DNA of 64,000 nucleotides from Thermodesulfobacteriota bacterium (GTDB lineage Bacteria; Desulfobacterota_D; UBA1144; Nemesobacterales; JAJCZQ01): NCBI GenBank assembly GCA_965203965.1, contig CBDBDR010000017.1, positions 224,001 to 288,000 of the forward strand, read 5' to 3'. Shown piece by piece: positions 40,116 to 50,021 of this stretch (position 1 is its first letter; each line of letters starts with the position of its first letter). The notes under the pieces were generated by a model. It saw only the letters and a program-made list of their open reading frames with translations, ran no database searches and was not told where the DNA came from. The position numbers and the translations under genes were made by a program.

Positions 40116-40853
40116 CTACGGCAGTATATCAAGTATTTGAACAAATTCAGATAGGGAAGCAATAGCGGGTGAACAAGAGATTTTTTGGTTGTGTGGATTT
40201 ATAAAAATACTGTCAATATTTGCGTTTTGAGCACCAATAATGTCACGCTCGTAGTCATTACCTACATAAACTGTTTCACAAACCGAAATATTCAGTTTGT
40301 TAATTGCGTATTCAAATGCTTTTGGGCTTGGTTTTCGCCATCCTATATTTTCCGATATAAATATTTGGTCAAAGTAATGCTTTATATTGTTTAGTTCCAG
40401 CAATTTAAGAGCCGTTACAGAACAATCAAAGTTGGAAAGTATAGAAAGCCTGTAATCCCTTTTTATAAGTCCATCAATTGTAGCTCTGTATTCTTCAGGG
40501 AATATCATAGAGTTTGAAAGTGATTCCATGTGGGAACCAGTAAACTCTTGCAAGATAAGTGGGTTATAATCACCAATTCCCATGTCAGCGAGCATAATCT
40601 CAAATCTTTTCCCGTTGGGATATTCTCTGTTATTATGATCTTTTAATTCCTGAAATTTTTTATAGCTGTTTGTAAAATGTCCATAAAACTCATCAAAGTT
40701 GTAGTTTTCAAAATACTTTCTGAACGTTTTAAATACATCTTTACCGGTTGAAAAGTGCTCTTTACCATTGAATTTGATTTTTGGAAGGAGACTTGGTTGG
40801 AAAAGTATCAATGTGTCAAAAAGGTCAAATATTACGTTGGAGTATCGTTTCAT
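40116..40853 (-). CDS. HAD-superfamily hydrolase
   Basis: IFDLFDTL, LSN, KP, VGND..RDI.GA. Confidence 0.88.
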   Translation of the reverse strand: MKRYSNVIFDLFDTLILFQPSLLPKIKFNGKEHFSTGKDVFKTFRKYFENYNFDEFYGHFTNSYKKFQELKDHNNREYPNGKRFEIMLADMGIGDYNPLILQEFTGSHMESLSNSMIFPEEYRATIDGLIKRDYRLSILSNFDCSVTALKLLELNNIKHYFDQIFISENIGWRKPSPKAFEYAINKLNISVCETVYVGNDYERDIIGAQNANIDSIFINPHNQKISCSPAIASLSEFVQILDILP

Positions 40854-40854
40854 T

Positions 40855-41235
40855 TCAACATGGTGAATTTGAGCGTTCAATTATGACCTCTATGATTTTA
40901 TCATGCAGTCCCAGCGGCTCGGTTATTTTACAATTCACACCTGGGAACTCACTGGAAACGGCGCTTACCATACCGGGTATATCAGTTTTTGAATGTCTCC
41001 CTGGTGCCAGAAAATACGGATGAACAATTATCTCACCTGCACCTGAATTGACGCAGGATCTAAAGGCTTCTTCGAGGGTAGGTGACGCGAGTTCCATGTG
41101 ACAGTATTCCACAACGTCAAACTTGGAATCAGGATGTTTTAATAGCTTTTCCTTAATTTTTAACAGCAACTCATTAGCTTCATCCACCTTGCTGCCGTGA
41201 TCAATTAGTATCAGTGCTCTTTTTTCTCGTAACAT
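40855..41235 (-). CDS. Small CbiX/SirB-type sirohydrochlorin chelatase
   Basis: DHGSK, MELASP, HPYFLAPGRH..DIP, EPLG.H. Confidence 0.88.
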   Translation of the reverse strand: MLREKRALILIDHGSKVDEANELLLKIKEKLLKHPDSKFDVVEYCHMELASPTLEEAFRSCVNSGAGEIIVHPYFLAPGRHSKTDIPGMVSAVSSEFPGVNCKITEPLGLHDKIIEVIIERSNSPC

Positions 41236-42408
41236 TTATTCTTGTTGAATGTTAATTCCAGAACTGCTAATTGCATTCAGTTTCAATGTTTCAAGCACAA
41301 TATCCGCACTTCTATAAAATTCATCCAGAACCAGATATTCATTAACTGTATGAAGTTCATACATGCCCGTTCCGAGATTTACGCATTCCAATCCTTTTTT
41401 GTTAAAATAGTTTGCATCACAGCCTCCACCTGTCGTATGATGCTCTATAGTGTAATTCAGATTTGAAACGGCTTTATCCACCAGTTGAGTGATCTCGGCT
41501 GATGAAGAAACATCCATTTTACGGTAAACGTGATTTATATCTATATCTACAACGGGTGTCTTTTTTGTTCCATTGATGCTAACGGAGTGTTGCTCCGCTG
41601 CCTGGTGAAAACAGTCACATATATGCTTAACCTCTCTGTCAAGTTTTTCATTATTATGGCTTCTTACTTCCCCTGTGACAGTTATCAAGTTTGGAACTAT
41701 ATTTGTAGCTGTGCCCCCCTGTATAATGCCAATATTTGCCGTTGTTTCATGGTCAATTCTGCCGATGTTCATATTTGATATTGCCTTGGACGCTATTTGT
41801 ATGGCGTTAATACCCTTTTCGGGACAGAGACCTGCATGAGCTTCAACTCCGTGTAACCTAATTGTCAGAATATCTGAAGAAGGACATTTAAGCACAAGTC
41901 TGTCCGGGGTGCTGCTGTCCAAAACAATCCCATGATGGGCATTCAAACCTGATACATCAAAGTATTTTGCTCCGAGTAATCCTATTTCTTCACAGATTGT
42001 GAATGCAATTTCTATATCACCGTGTGGTATGTTCTGTTCTTTGAGTGTTCTTATTATTTCAACTATTATTGAAACACCGCTTTTGTCATCTGCACCTAGT
42101 ATTGTTGTACCGTCGCTTTTCATTTTCCCGTTTTCTATCCACGGCTTTATACCTTCACCGGGGCTTACGGTATCCATGTGAGAAGAGAGAAAAAGAGCAG
42201 GAATTTCCTCTGAATTTCCCTTGACTTTCACTAAAAGGTTGCCGATATTTCCACCGACTTTACTTCCTGCATCGTCATATATGCACTCTGCACCAAGCTG
42301 CTCCATGTCTTCTTGAAGTTTTAACGCAACGAGTTTTTCTTTTTTGGACGGGCTGTCAATTTTGATGATCTCCATTAAATGTGCAGTCATTCTTGCCTTG
42401 TTGATCAT
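41236..42408 (-). CDS. M20 family metallopeptidase (peptidase T-like)
   Basis: SHMDTV, LGADDKSG, EEIG, GGGCDAN, HTVNE. Confidence 0.9.
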   Translation of the reverse strand: MINKARMTAHLMEIIKIDSPSKKEKLVALKLQEDMEQLGAECIYDDAGSKVGGNIGNLLVKVKGNSEEIPALFLSSHMDTVSPGEGIKPWIENGKMKSDGTTILGADDKSGVSIIVEIIRTLKEQNIPHGDIEIAFTICEEIGLLGAKYFDVSGLNAHHGIVLDSSTPDRLVLKCPSSDILTIRLHGVEAHAGLCPEKGINAIQIASKAISNMNIGRIDHETTANIGIIQGGTATNIVPNLITVTGEVRSHNNEKLDREVKHICDCFHQAAEQHSVSINGTKKTPVVDIDINHVYRKMDVSSSAEITQLVDKAVSNLNYTIEHHTTGGGCDANYFNKKGLECVNLGTGMYELHTVNEYLVLDEFYRSADIVLETLKLNAISSSGINIQQE

Positions 42409-42632
42409 GTTTCAATCTCCGTCGTTATTATACATGCTCTTACCGTGTGTTGAAGGCAATGTTGCTTAAACGAGGATTTTCTCCGTCCTTGGTTTTTTAT
42501 TACTTGAGTGTCATCTTAATTGTTTTAAGTTGGCAACACATTTATAATGTCCATCAGTTAAATAAAGATTTGCGGGTTTATGTTTACCCAAATCCACCAA
42601 AACATATAAAAGCTCAGGAGGAGATCTCAAAA

Positions 42633-44099
42633 GTGAACATTAAATTAAAGACGGATAACTATCTTGATAGTAACTGCGACGTGCTGATTTTTACGAAATT
42701 TGCCGATCAGCCGTTTTCTGATGAACTGAAAAAAATAGATAAGAAGTTGAACAACTCAATTTTACAAAAAGCCAAGGATGCAAAATTTAAAGGAGAAAAA
42801 GAGTCATTGCTGACAGTGGATACGGTTGGTATTCTGAAATCTAAAACTGTTTTCGTTCTTGGTTTGGGGTCAAGAAAAAAGTTTTCAATAAGTTCCTGCT
42901 ACAGATCATTTGCTTCTGCAGGGAGAAAGCTGTCTGCAAAAGACGTTAATATTAAGGTTGTATATGAGTTGCCGGGCAAAAAAAACATTTTATCATCTGC
43001 TATTGAAGGTCTTGTTCAAGGTAGTTATGAGTTCAATAAATATAAGACTGACAAGAAAGAGGTTGCAAGAAAGATTGAACTGTATTCGAAGACTTTAAAT
43101 TCCAAAGCCTTTGACAGGGAGAAAAAATTTGCTGTTGAAGTATCCGACGCGGTAAAACTTGCAAGGGACATTATCAATGAACCTCCAGTATATTTAACCC
43201 CTTCCAAGTTGGCAGAAATTTCAGCATCAGTAGCCCACGACGGAGACATTGAAGTAGAGATATTTGAAAGTGAGCATATACAGAAGATGGGAATGGGAGC
43301 ACTTTATGCCGTATCACGCGGAAGTGTGCAACCCCCCAAATTCATACGCTTAACTTATACCCCTTCTAAATTTTCAAAGACGCTGGCGGTTGTTGGGAAA
43401 GGAGTTACTTTTGATTCTGGTGGATTGTGTCTCAAGCCGGCTGATTCAATGCTTACAATGAAAATGGATATGTCCGGTGCCGCAGCGGTTGTCGGAGTAA
43501 TGAAAGCTGTTTCCAAATTAAAGCCTAAAGTTAAAGTGCATGGACTCATTCCCGCGACGGAAAATATGACTGGTGGAGACGCCTACAAACCCGATGACGT
43601 GATCTATGCCATGAACGGTAAATCAGTCGAGATTATAAATACGGATGCGGAAGGCAGGTTGGCTTTGGCAGACGCACTGAGCTATGCGGTTAAAGAATTA
43701 AAGGTGAATGAAATTATTGATCTTGCCACTTTAACCGGGGCATGTATTGTGGGGCTTGGCAGTTACACGGCAGGAGTTATGGGAAACGATCAAAGGTTGG
43801 TAGATGATATTTTAAGATCAGGGGAGATTGTGGGCGAAAAAATATGGCAGCTACCCCTTGATGAAGAGTTGAGAAAAGAGATTGAAAGCAAAATTGCAGA
43901 TATTAAAAATGTTGGAAGCAGATGGGGTGGAGCGATTACCGCGGCGATGTTTTTGGAACATTTTGTGTCCAAAAAACCTTGGATCCATATAGATATTGCC
44001 GGTCCTGCATACTTAAATGACGGGAACGAAGTTTATCCTCCCGGAGGAACGGGTTTTGGCGTGAGAGCCGTAACTAATTACATAGTGGATAAGGCATAA
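42633..44099 (+). CDS. pepA: Leucyl aminopeptidase (M17)
   Basis: VGKGVTFDSGG, MKMDMSG, NTDAEGRL; GTG 42633 follows AGGAGG. Confidence 0.94.
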   Translation: MNIKLKTDNYLDSNCDVLIFTKFADQPFSDELKKIDKKLNNSILQKAKDAKFKGEKESLLTVDTVGILKSKTVFVLGLGSRKKFSISSCYRSFASAGRKLSAKDVNIKVVYELPGKKNILSSAIEGLVQGSYEFNKYKTDKKEVARKIELYSKTLNSKAFDREKKFAVEVSDAVKLARDIINEPPVYLTPSKLAEISASVAHDGDIEVEIFESEHIQKMGMGALYAVSRGSVQPPKFIRLTYTPSKFSKTLAVVGKGVTFDSGGLCLKPADSMLTMKMDMSGAAAVVGVMKAVSKLKPKVKVHGLIPATENMTGGDAYKPDDVIYAMNGKSVEIINTDAEGRLALADALSYAVKELKVNEIIDLATLTGACIVGLGSYTAGVMGNDQRLVDDILRSGEIVGEKIWQLPLDEELRKEIESKIADIKNVGSRWGGAITAAMFLEHFVSKKPWIHIDIAGPAYLNDGNEVYPPGGTGFGVRAVTNYIVDKA

Positions 44100-44160
44100 A
44101 CAACGGTTTCAATTGTTTTCAGAATGTAACTTGTAGCTATTATTAGCGGTAGATAGCTTT

Positions 44161-44832
44161 TTATTTTCTTATGGATTTAGAAGAATAGATACCTACCAAT
44201 CTTGCGACCATGAAAGCGATAAAGAGTTGTCCCGTGATCGCCTCTAAAACAGACATTATCCTCCCGATGGGCGTTATAGAAGTTATATCCCCATATCCCA
44301 ATGTTGTTAATGTTGTGTAGCTGAAATAGATCAATTCATTGGGTGTAAGGTGCTGATTGGTGTGTTCAACTGTAAAAATAGCCCCGGGAATTATCTCCTC
44401 AATGAGACCGTATATTGAAGCCCACAGGAGTCCAAGCAGGAGATAAATACAGACCGCACCGTATAAAGTGTTCTCTGTAATATCTTTTGATTTGATTATC
44501 ATATCAAACAGGATTAGGATTACGTAAAGAAAAAAGAAAAACCCCGCGAAAACGGATTTTGCCGTCATAAAAAACCATTCGGAAAAGAACCAAGGAAGAG
44601 CAAGAATTAGAAGCATTACTATTGCTTTTTTATTGGTGGAAGCGGCATAAACGCCTGCGATAATTACAAGTGTGCTGAGTGCGTTCAGTATTAAATGTGC
44701 ATATTGATAAGCCTCTAATAATGCTGATAGGGTCAGTAAAATCACCAATGAGCACATAAAGTTAAACATTTTATATTCCTTGACGGAAAGTAATATAAAT
44801 TTGTATATTCCTTTATTAGGGCGATTTTCCAT
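44161..44832 (-). CDS. Potassium-channel family membrane protein (Ion_trans_2)
   Basis: YFSYTTLTTLGYGDI selectivity-filter motif; several TM helices. Confidence 0.85.
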   Translation of the reverse strand: MENRPNKGIYKFILLSVKEYKMFNFMCSLVILLTLSALLEAYQYAHLILNALSTLVIIAGVYAASTNKKAIVMLLILALPWFFSEWFFMTAKSVFAGFFFFLYVILILFDMIIKSKDITENTLYGAVCIYLLLGLLWASIYGLIEEIIPGAIFTVEHTNQHLTPNELIYFSYTTLTTLGYGDITSITPIGRIMSVLEAITGQLFIAFMVARLVGIYSSKSIRK

Positions 44833-45047
44833 TATTTATTCCATAAAATTATCTTGCTTAGCCATAACTATATCAGGTTATATTCCGTTATGTGTTACTG
44901 ATCAGCTAACGAGGTATTTTTGACCTGGTTTAACACGGTTTGCAGGATTGGCATAGGTAATTACTATGTTAAGAAGGTGATTGTGAGAAAAAATTCATAA
45001 CTCCTTTATGTAATATTTAAGGCAAGTGGTAAAAAGTTGAGCAGAAA

Positions 45048-46070
45048 ATGCAGAAAGAATTAATGACGGGACTTATACTTGATGCGGTATCGCTGGAGGA
45101 TATAAAAAAATTAGCGATCAGGGCAGAAGATTCAAACTTTCATTCTATTTGGGCAACGGAACTGTATAGAACCTCTTTTCAGCAGTTGGCTGCCGCAGCA
45201 TCCGTAACAAGTAAAATAAAGCTCGGAACTGCTGTTGCACTGGCTTTTGCAAGAAGTCCCTTGACCACGGCGCTCACAACTCTTGATCTGGATGAGTTGT
45301 CCGGTGGCAGAGTTATACTTGGTCTTGGCGTGGGTGCTAAAAATACAAATGAAAAGTATCATGGGATCAAATATGGAAAGCCATTAAAGAGAATTAGAGA
45401 ATGTGCAGAGATAATTGAGCATTATATTTCATCTTCTCATCTTGATAAGGATCTTAAATACAGCGGGGAATATTACGATATTAACTCCAAAGGTTTTAAA
45501 AGGGTTTTCACGCCCATAAGGGACAAGATACCTTTTTACCTGGCAGGTATAGGAGACAACATGGCAAAATTATCAACTGAAATAGCAGATGGTTATTTAG
45601 GTCACGTTGTTTGCAATCGGAGCTACTTGAAAAACAAGGTCATGCCGGCGATCAATGAAGGTCTTAAAAAAGCAAATAAGCAAAGAAATGATTTTACGGT
45701 ATCTTCAATTATCACTTGTGCGGTTACAAACAAACGTGAGGAAGCCAGAAGGGCGGCAAAGGCAACCATAGGATTTTATGCAACGGTAAAAACTTATAGA
45801 CGACCTTTTGAGCTGGCAGGGTTTTCCGACCAGTTGGAAAAGATCAGAAATGCTTATTTTGATAGGGATATAAAAAGGATGATTGAGAGTGTTCCAGATG
45901 ATATGGTTGAAAAATTTGCAATAATTGGGGACGAGGATCACTGTAGAGAAAAAATAGAAAGTTACAGAAAAATAATAGACCTACCAATACTGAGCGTCCC
46001 ACATTACTTTATTGATTATGAAGACGTTAAGAAATATCAATATGAGTTACTTCGGGTTTTTGGGAATTGA
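45048..46070 (+). CDS. LLM-class flavin-dependent oxidoreductase
   Basis: IKLGTAVALAFARSP...LDELSGGRVILGLG. Confidence 0.88.
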   Translation: MQKELMTGLILDAVSLEDIKKLAIRAEDSNFHSIWATELYRTSFQQLAAAASVTSKIKLGTAVALAFARSPLTTALTTLDLDELSGGRVILGLGVGAKNTNEKYHGIKYGKPLKRIRECAEIIEHYISSSHLDKDLKYSGEYYDINSKGFKRVFTPIRDKIPFYLAGIGDNMAKLSTEIADGYLGHVVCNRSYLKNKVMPAINEGLKKANKQRNDFTVSSIITCAVTNKREEARRAAKATIGFYATVKTYRRPFELAGFSDQLEKIRNAYFDRDIKRMIESVPDDMVEKFAIIGDEDHCREKIESYRKIIDLPILSVPHYFIDYEDVKKYQYELLRVFGN

Positions 46071-46143
46071 GTTTTAACGCGTATATTTCATTTTCGTAGC
46101 TCTTTTAACTTAGAGGTTGCCATTATGGATGCAAAAAGGCGCC

Positions 46144-47904
46144 CTATCTAACGCCCATCAATTTGTCAAAAAGTTGTTTTTCCTCTGGGTCTATGATCTG
46201 CATAATTATAGTAGCTTCACTTTCGCTTGGTTGTGATCCTGCCTTAGCATACTCGCCTGCAATTTCTACCAATGCCAATGCTTTGTAGGGATCAACTATT
46301 TTTTCAGCAATTGAGAGTGCTTGTATAAATTGTCCTGCCTCAGCATAATTGCCTGCAATTTCTACCAATTCCCAGACTTCGTAGGGATCAACTATTTTTT
46401 CAACAATTGAGAGTGCTTTTGACAGTGTCCTTTCCCTTTGCTCTCCTTTTTCATACATGGCTGCAATTCCTACTAATGCCCCGGCTTTGGAATAATCATC
46501 ATTTATATTTTCAACAATTGAGAGTGCTTTTGACAGTGTCCTTTCCCTTTGCTCTCCTTTTTCATACATGGCTGCAATTCTTGCCAATGCCCCGGCTTTG
46601 TATAAATAATGATTTATATTTTCAGCGATTGAGAGAGCTTTTGTAAATTGTCTTGCCTCAGCATACTTGTCTGCAATTCTTGCCAATGCCCCGGCTTTGT
46701 ATAAATAATGATTTATATTTTCAGCGATTGAGAGTGCTTTTGAAAGTTGTCCTGCCTCAGCATACTTGTCTGCAATTCTTGCCAATGCCCGGGCTTTTTT
46801 TGAATTATGATTTATATTTTCAGCAATTGAGAGTGCTTGTGACAGTATTTGTTCACTTTGCTCTCCTTTTGCATACTCGCCTGCAATGTCTGCCAATGCC
46901 CGGGCTTTGAAAAAATCATGATTTATATTTTCAGCGATTGAGAGAGCTTTTGTAAATTGTCCTGCCTTAGCATACTCGCCTGTAATTTTCTCTAATGCCC
47001 AGGCTTTGCTAGAATCATCATTTATATTTTCAGCAATTGAGAGAGCTTTTGTAAATTGTCCTGCCTTAGCATACTCGCCTGTAATTTTCTCTAATGCCCA
47101 GGCTTTTTTAGAATCATCGTTTATATTTTCAGCAGTTGAGAGAGCTTTTGTAAATTGTCCTGCTTTAGCATACTCGCCTGCAATGTTCTTCAATGCCTCG
47201 GCTTTGCGGAAATCATCATTTATATTTTCAGCAGTTGAGAGAGCTTTTGTAAATTGTCCTGCTTTAGCATACTTGCCTGCAATGTTCTTCAATGCCTCGG
47301 CTTTGGAATAATCATCATTTATATTTTCAGCAATTGAGAGTGCTTGTGACAGTATTTGTTCACTTTGCTCTCCTTTTGCATACTCGCCTGCAATGTCTGC
47401 CAATGCCCGGGCTTTGGAATAATCATGATTTATATTTTCAGCAATTGAAAGTGCTTTTGAAAGTTGTCCTGACCCAGCATACTTGACTGCAATTTCTGCC
47501 AATACAAAGGCTTTTTCTCCATCATGATTTATATTTTCAGCAAGAAACACAGCACATGACATCAAGTCTTGTTTACATTCAAGAAAATATTTAAAATAAC
47601 TTTCTACCTTCATAAATTCATTCAGCCTAAGACCTGATATTTCCATTTGGTTGGACGTTAGACCAACAGCAAGATTTGAAGAAGGATATTTTGATAATAT
47701 CGTCTCAATTTTCTGCTTCGCTTCTTTATACGAGGTATAAATTTTTGAATGATCATCAACTCCAATCATCTTCATAGTTTGGATTATCTGATTAGCCTCA
47801 ACATATAGCTGATTTGCTTTTTCATTTGGACTTTTTGAACAAGATAATAAGAACAACGCCACGCCTATGATAACAACAATTGTGTTTGAATATTGAACTC
47901 TCAT
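46144..47904 (-). CDS. TPR-like alpha-solenoid repeat lipoprotein, paralog 1
   Basis: Lipobox LLSC after start MRVQY; 13 repeats of consensus AENINxxxxKAxALxxIAxxYAKAGQFTKALSI. Confidence 0.88.
   Translation of the reverse strand: MRVQYSNTIVVIIGVALFLLSCSKSPNEKANQLYVEANQIIQTMKMIGVDDHSKIYTSYKEAKQKIETILSKYPSSNLAVGLTSNQMEISGLRLNEFMKVESYFKYFLECKQDLMSCAVFLAENINHDGEKAFVLAEIAVKYAGSGQLSKALSIAENINHDYSKARALADIAGEYAKGEQSEQILSQALSIAENINDDYSKAEALKNIAGKYAKAGQFTKALSTAENINDDFRKAEALKNIAGEYAKAGQFTKALSTAENINDDSKKAWALEKITGEYAKAGQFTKALSIAENINDDSSKAWALEKITGEYAKAGQFTKALSIAENINHDFFKARALADIAGEYAKGEQSEQILSQALSIAENINHNSKKARALARIADKYAEAGQLSKALSIAENINHYLYKAGALARIADKYAEARQFTKALSIAENINHYLYKAGALARIAAMYEKGEQRERTLSKALSIVENINDDYSKAGALVGIAAMYEKGEQRERTLSKALSIVEKIVDPYEVWELVEIAGNYAEAGQFIQALSIAEKIVDPYKALALVEIAGEYAKAGSQPSESEATIIMQIIDPEEKQLFDKLMGVR
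46240..47541 (-). repeat. Intragenic 99/111-bp repeat array (paralog 1)
   Basis: TTTATATTTTCAGC recurs on the + strand mostly at 99- or 111-bp spacing. Confidence 0.92.
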
Positions 47905-48024
47905 ACTACTTCCCTTTTTCCTATACAATAAATAGCTAACAAATATACCTGACCTAAATGTCATTCAAGATACAAGCTATACCTTTCTTGACTACAAGTT
48001 CTTGATGAGACAAATTTAACTTCA

Positions 48025-48078
48025 ATGAAAATATTGATCTCAGGTTCCAGTGGATTGATAGGAAGAAGTTTAGTATGA
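48025..48078 (+). pseudogene. Truncated duplicate of the TIGR01777 gene 5' end
   Basis: MKILISGSSGLIGRSLV*, identical to 50022-50071 then stopped by the duplication junction. Confidence 0.85.
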
Positions 48079-48176
48079 ATTACTTCGGGTTTTTGGGAAT
48101 TGAGTTTTAACGCAGATATTTCAGCGTCGTAGCTCTTTCAACGCAGAGGTTGCCATTATGGATGCAAAAAGGCGCC

Positions 48177-49901
48177 CTATCTAACACCCATTAATTTGTC
48201 AAAAAGCTGTTTTGCCTCTGGGTCTATGATCTGCATAATTATAATAACGTCACTTTCGCTTGGTTGTGACTCTGCCTCAGCATATTTGACTGCAATTTCT
48301 ACCAATGCCTGAGTTTTGTAGAGATAACGATTTATATTTTCAGCAGTTGAGAGAGCTTTTGTAAATTGTCCTGCTTTAGCATACTCGCCTGCAATGTTCT
48401 TCAATGCCTCGGCTTTGCGGAAATCATCATTTATATTTTCAGCAGTTGAGAGAGTTTTTGTAAATTGTCCTGCCTTAGCATACTCGCCTGCAATGTTCTT
48501 CAATGCTAAGGCTTTGTAGCGACCATCGTTTATATTTTCAGCAGTTGAGAGAGCTTTTGTAAATTGTCCTGCCTTAGCATACTTGACTGCAATGTCTGCC
48601 AATGCCGAGGCTTTGCTAGAATCATCATTTATATTTTCAGCAATTGAGAGAGCTTTTGTAAATTGTCCTGCCTTAGCATACTCGCCTGTAATTTTCTCTA
48701 ATGCCCAGGCTTTTTTAGAATCATCGTTTATATTTTCAGCAGTTGAGAGAGCTTTTGTAAATTGTCCTGCTTTAGCATACTCGCCTGCAATGTTCTTCAA
48801 TGCCTCGGCTTTGCGGAAATCATCATTTATATTTTCAGCAGTTGAGAGAGCTTTTGTAAATTGTCCTGCTTTAGCATACTTGCCTGCAATGTTCTTCAAT
48901 GCCTCGGCTTTGCGGAAACCATCATTTATATTTTCAGCAATTGAGAGAGCTTTTGTAAATTGTCCTGACTCAGCATACTTGGCTGCAATTCTTTCCAATG
49001 CCCGGGCTTTGTCTAAATCATCATTTATATTTTCAGCAATTGAGAGAGCTTTTGTAAATTGTCCTGCTTTAGCATACTCGCCTGCAATGTATCCCAATGC
49101 CCAGGCTTTGTCGCGATGACTTATATTTTCAGCAGTTGAGAGAGCTTTTGTAAATTGTCCTGCCTTAGCATACTCGTCTGCAATGTTCTGCAATGCCTCG
49201 GCTTTGCGGAAACCATCATTTATATTTTCAGCGATTGAGAGAGCTTTTGTAAATTGTCCTGCTTTAGCATACTCGCCTGCAATGTTCTCTAATGCCCGGG
49301 CTTTGTCTAAATCATCATTTATATTTTCGGCAATTGAGAGAGCTTTTGACAGTATTTGTTCACTTTGCTCTCCTTTAGCATACTCGCCTGTAATTTTCTC
49401 TAATGCCCAGGCTTTTTTAGAATCATCGTTTATATTTTCAGCGATTGAGAGAGCTTTTGTAAATTGTCCTGCCTTAGCATACTCGTCTGCAATGTTCTTC
49501 AATGCCCAGGCTTTTTTAGAATCATCGTTTATATTTTCAGCAAGCAACGCAACACATGACATCAAGTCTTGTTTACATTCAAAAGAATATTTAAAATAAC
49601 TTTCTACCTCCATAAATTTGTTCAGTGTAAGACCTGATATTTTCATTTTGTTGGACGTCAGACCAACAGCAAGATCTGAAGAAGGATATTTTGATAATAT
49701 TGTCTCAATTTTCTGCTTCGCTTCTTTATACGATGTATAAACTTTTGAATGATCATCAACTCCAGTTGTCTTCATAGTTTGGATTATCTGATTAGCCTCA
49801 ACATATAGCTGATTTGCTTTTTCATTTGGATTTCTTGAACAAGATAATAAGCACAACACCACGCCGATGACAACAATTGTGTTTGAATATTGAACTCTCA
49901 T
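48177..49901 (-). CDS. TPR-like alpha-solenoid repeat lipoprotein, paralog 2
   Basis: Same N-cap and C-cap (QLFDKLMGVR) as paralog 1; 13 repeats in a different order. Confidence 0.88.
   Translation of the reverse strand: MRVQYSNTIVVIGVVLCLLSCSRNPNEKANQLYVEANQIIQTMKTTGVDDHSKVYTSYKEAKQKIETILSKYPSSDLAVGLTSNKMKISGLTLNKFMEVESYFKYSFECKQDLMSCVALLAENINDDSKKAWALKNIADEYAKAGQFTKALSIAENINDDSKKAWALEKITGEYAKGEQSEQILSKALSIAENINDDLDKARALENIAGEYAKAGQFTKALSIAENINDGFRKAEALQNIADEYAKAGQFTKALSTAENISHRDKAWALGYIAGEYAKAGQFTKALSIAENINDDLDKARALERIAAKYAESGQFTKALSIAENINDGFRKAEALKNIAGKYAKAGQFTKALSTAENINDDFRKAEALKNIAGEYAKAGQFTKALSTAENINDDSKKAWALEKITGEYAKAGQFTKALSIAENINDDSSKASALADIAVKYAKAGQFTKALSTAENINDGRYKALALKNIAGEYAKAGQFTKTLSTAENINDDFRKAEALKNIAGEYAKAGQFTKALSTAENINRYLYKTQALVEIAVKYAEAESQPSESDVIIIMQIIDPEAKQLFDKLMGVR
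48275..49541 (-). repeat. Intragenic 99-bp repeat array (paralog 2)
   Basis: GAGAGAGCTTTTGTAAATTGTCCTG recurs about every 99 bp. Confidence 0.92.
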
Positions 49902-50021
49902 ACTGCTTCCCTTTTTCCTATACAATAAATAGCTAACAAATATACCTGACCTAAATGTCATTCAAGATACAAGCTATACCTTTCTTGACTACAAGTTCTT
50001 GATGAGACAAATTTAACTTCA

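Noticed and set aside
42447..42632. Hydrophobic N-terminal extension on PepA
   Set aside because: A strong AGGAGG precedes GTG 42633; the extension is probably ORF over-calling.
46240..49541. CRISPR array interpretation of the regular 99-bp repeats
   Set aside because: Units are multiples of 3 within long ORFs, variable parts are short and reused, and there are no cas genes.
47006..49599. Plus-strand ORFs over the repeat arrays (e.g. 48583-49119, 49183-49599)
   Set aside because: Antisense shadows of the repetitive coding strand.
46144..49901. Diversity-generating retroelement or TALE-like DNA-binding code
   Set aside because: No reverse transcriptase or template repeat in the window, and variation does not look adenine-restricted. 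The proteins have lipoprotein signals and no TALE repeat similarity.
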